Source of the DNA: an uncultured bacterium
Lineage (GTDB): Bacteria; Bacillota_I; Bacilli_A; RF39; UBA660
DNA: 64,000 nt
Assembly (NCBI GenBank): GCA_948433885.1
Contig: CAOJEC010000002.1
Coordinates: 8,976-72,975, forward strand
Direction: 5' to 3'
This document shows positions 62,101 through 64,000 of the stretch, piece after piece (the first letter of the stretch is position 1; every line of letters starts with the position of its first letter). The notes under the pieces are model-generated. The model searched no databases. It was not told the origin of the DNA and saw only the letters and a list, made by a program, of their open reading frames with translations. Both the position numbers and the translations under genes were made by a program.

Positions 62101-63926
62101 CAGTATATGGAAGTTTAGACGGTGAAAACTGGGAAGAATTATCAAATCTTAAAAACTTGACTTATACTAACCAAGCAAATACAGTCAAAGATGCTATCGC
62201 TAATACAAAAAGTTTCGAAATAGAAGATGTTAGAGAGGTTCAATACGTCAAAATTGTAGCAGATCGTTCTAATGCAAACTGGTTTGCAGCTAGAGCATTC
62301 AATCTATATCAAGATATATCTAAAAATCCTCATCCAACTGCTGGTGTAGCTTATAGTACCACTGAGACAACGAATGGAAAAGTAATCGCAAGATTAGTAA
62401 ATCCAAGCACAAAAATAACAATTACTAACAACAATGGTTCTGATACATATATCTTCGAAGAAAATGGAACATTTACATTCGAGTTTGAAGATGAATATGG
62501 AATTACAGGATCTGCAGTAGCAAAAGTAGACTGGATTGACAAAAGCATCCCGGATGCAAACATCGAATATGAATTAGATAGTAATCATAAAATAAGCATA
62601 TCTTTAGATGATATCACGGAAGACGTTTATTTATTGGATAAGAACAATAAACCAATCAACTACGTAGAGGTTCAAAATAAAAAAGTTACTAGTATCTCTT
62701 ATCTAGATGATTCAGGAAATATTTTTAAAACTGTCTATATCGATGAAAGTGGTAATATAACCAAAATTGCTTATGTCAATACGAGTGGCAATGTTGCTTC
62801 AGTAAATACTTATGTAACTACGATGACAAACGGAGTAGTATCAAAAGAAGAATATTTAGATTCTCATGGAACAGCAGTAACAATAACTGATGCTGAAAAA
62901 GATATACTAAGAGGACTTCAAAAACCTATAACAGATCCATTGGAATACACCTTTGAACAAAGTGGGGATTACGAATTTAAGATGCTCGACAAAGCAAACA
63001 ATATTGCTTATAAAAGTATCAAAGTCGATTATGAAAATGACGATACGATAATTGTCAGCGACATAAAATACGATGTAACTCATCTGACAAACAAAAGTGT
63101 TGTGGCGACAATTAAAGCATACGTATTTAATTCAAATAATCAAAAGGAAGATGCGATAATCGTTGGCAGCAATGAAACGCACGTATTCGATAACAATGGA
63201 AAATTTGCATTCGAATATAAAGCCAAGGGGCAATCAGATGATGAAGCAAGAGAACACATTGCTGAAGTAAATTGGATCGATAAAGTCGCACCTACAGCCT
63301 CAATCAAATACACCGAAAAGGAAAATGGAAACGTCATCGCAACTTTAGTAGGCGAAAGCGAAGAAATAATAATATTGAACAACAGTTCAAATAGAGATTA
63401 TACCTTTACTAAAAATGGTGAATTCACTTTCTTATTTGAAGACCTTGCTGGAAATACAGGTCGTGCTACAGCAAAAGTCGACTCTATTAAGGAGGAAACT
63501 ACTGATCCTGATCAACCGAGCGAGCCGGAGAATCCAGACAAACCTGATCAACCGAGTGAACCAGAAAACCCAGACAAACCGAATAAACCATCGGTTCCTG
63601 GTGATCCGGAAAGTCCTGAAAATCCATCTATTCCAAGCAAACCTGATCCTTCAATTCCTTTCAACCCTAGTAAACCAAATCCAGGAAACACCGAAGACAA
63701 AGATGATGACCATCCTATAGAAGAAAAACCTGAACCTGAAGAAGAGGATGACAAATCCGATAATGAAAACCAAAAGCCAAATACGGAAAATAAAAATCCA
63801 ATCTCATCAGACAAAACGGATAAAAAGGAAAAATCTAATATAATAAAGATTGTTCTTGGAATGATCATAGTAGTAATAGGAAGTATTACAGCATACATAT
63901 TTTTCAAAAACAAAAAAGAAAAATAA
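59181..63926 (+). CDS. Large envelope protein. It has an N-terminal signal/anchor, an NPCBM-like domain, a transglutaminase-like Cys-His-Asp core, an F5/8 type C (discoidin) domain, Ig-like repeats, a Pro-rich stalk and a C-terminal TM anchor.
   Basis: NPCBM-like: FKKGIFAHAKSTVIYDI...LKLEIHDNGSNGNDHSVFADAKL. Putative catalytic core: GAVCGGIS...GQPGHAAILYY...WNIDND. Discoidin: AIDGNYNTRWHSAW...NWFAARAFNLY. C-terminus: IIKIVLGMIIVVIGSITAYIFFKNKKEK. No LPXTG motif. Confidence 0.85.
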   Translation: MFKINKYKRKKILKALGIAICSLSVTVGLCFSYKYALVENETVDVETIPYYSTKINANVKDFKQQYLSDLVPVEKHIGYRDLVNDADVSGNPITLKVENNWFTFKKGIFAHAKSTVIYDISEYDEYNYFVAFIGINKTSNKGNGVTYHFYTSNDRKTWSEVGEGIAKKPQENATFVEVPLNGAKYLKLEIHDNGSNGNDHSVFADAKLVNEVNGNFVLETVEELDEEIKSKYNGQTEVEEELAHIVLKRELVKKVGQYTINSFYNENEDNANVLDWLFNDKTAMRYYVLGGSPEGNSYYNSLTQLSRLYKEYKNDFTIQETTRYDTVLGDLYMRMAIALSLTHAQTVGLWMQAGVKENQSDAVVRYQIYKDLHKNDKFKVTDTIDITKWFEKYNVENMRFVMNNLIDDESILWLNEYVQSKIDANPKNAWNLLTPHPYMAYVWPNYSNHVYYDDENYDYFNDLFSVNGKKLYDYNITRGTNEKKIYKVWMNFRNKFGTGAVCGGISKTGSNIRATHGIAATVIGQPGHAAILYYTEDSQGRGYWNIDNDVSGWTLSEKGERMLLGWGNASYSRGYSVVYMALAQEALNDYENFEKAEELKMLARSYDNDPVKQEALLRKALEYQSINIDVWYDLIQLYNNSNKSENEYYELAEEIADNLKYFPLPMYHLTNLIKPKLTSIENTYKFTLLQTRTLNIAKATPNNTTDSYTVYQPSLTRLEANYLLGHIDSSIATFSFDGFDAGKIVLSSRFDGNGVRWDYSLDGKNTWNEVAFTGEEEHKLQLTPEEIASITAENDIYVHIVGVNYDEENLYKIDITKGTLINEMFANDLENRIVGVNLNTEWRYDESEAWTSYKVSSPDLTGNKTIQVRQAATGTALPSDPSEIYTFTEDNQPDTRKYISVSHLTIHGVSTEAVNNGGAAIKAIDGNYNTRWHSAWNGTDTERYIIIKLDKPVNLSAVEFVPAGGGNGKIYDGTVYGSLDGENWEELSNLKNLTYTNQANTVKDAIANTKSFEIEDVREVQYVKIVADRSNANWFAARAFNLYQDISKNPHPTAGVAYSTTETTNGKVIARLVNPSTKITITNNNGSDTYIFEENGTFTFEFEDEYGITGSAVAKVDWIDKSIPDANIEYELDSNHKISISLDDITEDVYLLDKNNKPINYVEVQNKKVTSISYLDDSGNIFKTVYIDESGNITKIAYVNTSGNVASVNTYVTTMTNGVVSKEEYLDSHGTAVTITDAEKDILRGLQKPITDPLEYTFEQSGDYEFKMLDKANNIAYKSIKVDYENDDTIIVSDIKYDVTHLTNKSVVATIKAYVFNSNNQKEDAIIVGSNETHVFDNNGKFAFEYKAKGQSDDEAREHIAEVNWIDKVAPTASIKYTEKENGNVIATLVGESEEIIILNNSSNRDYTFTKNGEFTFLFEDLAGNTGRATAKVDSIKEETTDPDQPSEPENPDKPDQPSEPENPDKPNKPSVPGDPESPENPSIPSKPDPSIPFNPSKPNPGNTEDKDDDHPIEEKPEPEEEDDKSDNENQKPNTENKNPISSDKTDKKEKSNIIKIVLGMIIVVIGSITAYIFFKNKKEK
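63507..63578 (+). repeat. 36-bp tandem repeat, 2 copies, encoding PDQPSEPENPDK
   Basis: Units at 63507-63542 and 63543-63578 differ only at a few synonymous positions. Confidence 0.8.
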
Positions 63927-63933
63927 AATCTTT

Positions 63934-63984
63934 AAAGAGAGAACAAAACTATAATATATAGTTGAATATCTCTCTTTTTGTTTT
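63934..63984 (+). terminator. Compound hairpin terminator after the 1,581-aa gene
   Basis: Outer stem AAAGAGAGA / TCTCTCTTT, inner stem AACTATA-ata-TATAGTT, followed by a T-run. Confidence 0.55.
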
Positions 63985-64000
63985 GAAAAAAATAATTAAG

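Overview
Low-GC (roughly 30% by eye), standard-code Firmicute chromosome segment centred on the replication origin. Sporulation genes (spoIIR, bofA, spoVT, ricT) and a ComK homolog point to a spore-former, possibly Erysipelotrichia- or Clostridia-like. The core is the conserved origin neighbourhood. On the minus strand: murA, spoIIR, prmC, prfA, rpoE, noc, rsmG, mnmG, mnmE, jag, yidC, rnpA, rpmH. Then a bipartite oriC. On the plus strand: dnaA, dnaN, comK, recF, gyrB, gyrA, SRP RNA, tadA, dnaX, ybaB, recR, bofA, holB, ricT, pth, mfd, spoVT, a Met T-box with metG, tatD, rsmA. Three things stand out. (1) Positions 1-16137 on the minus strand form one uninterrupted reading frame of at least 5,379 codons that runs off the left edge. 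It is missing from the supplied ORF track, probably because it has no stop inside the window. It encodes a giant Ig-like/FIVAR/DUF5011-type surface protein and carries a 940-bp perfect in-frame internal duplication. (2) The 0.9-kb non-coding gap after gyrA, plus the last 140 bp of gyrA, holds three motif types in about 1 kb. There are five parS-type palindromes (TGTTCCACGTGGAACA), three of the window's five Noc-binding-site palindromes (TATTTCCCGGGAAATA) and seven DnaA-box-like 9-mers (TTTTCCACA or one-mismatch variants, counting both orientations). (3) The only ParB-family gene in the window sits in the noc slot after rsmG. It lacks the N-terminal region that holds the membrane-targeting helix in B. 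subtilis Noc, has a ~150-aa low-complexity insert, and has a mostly Noc-like DNA-recognition helix. No soj/spo0J follows it. Two further large, unusual envelope proteins (593 aa and 1,581 aa) flank the housekeeping block. I saw no CRISPR array, transposase, prophage or recognisable defence genes.
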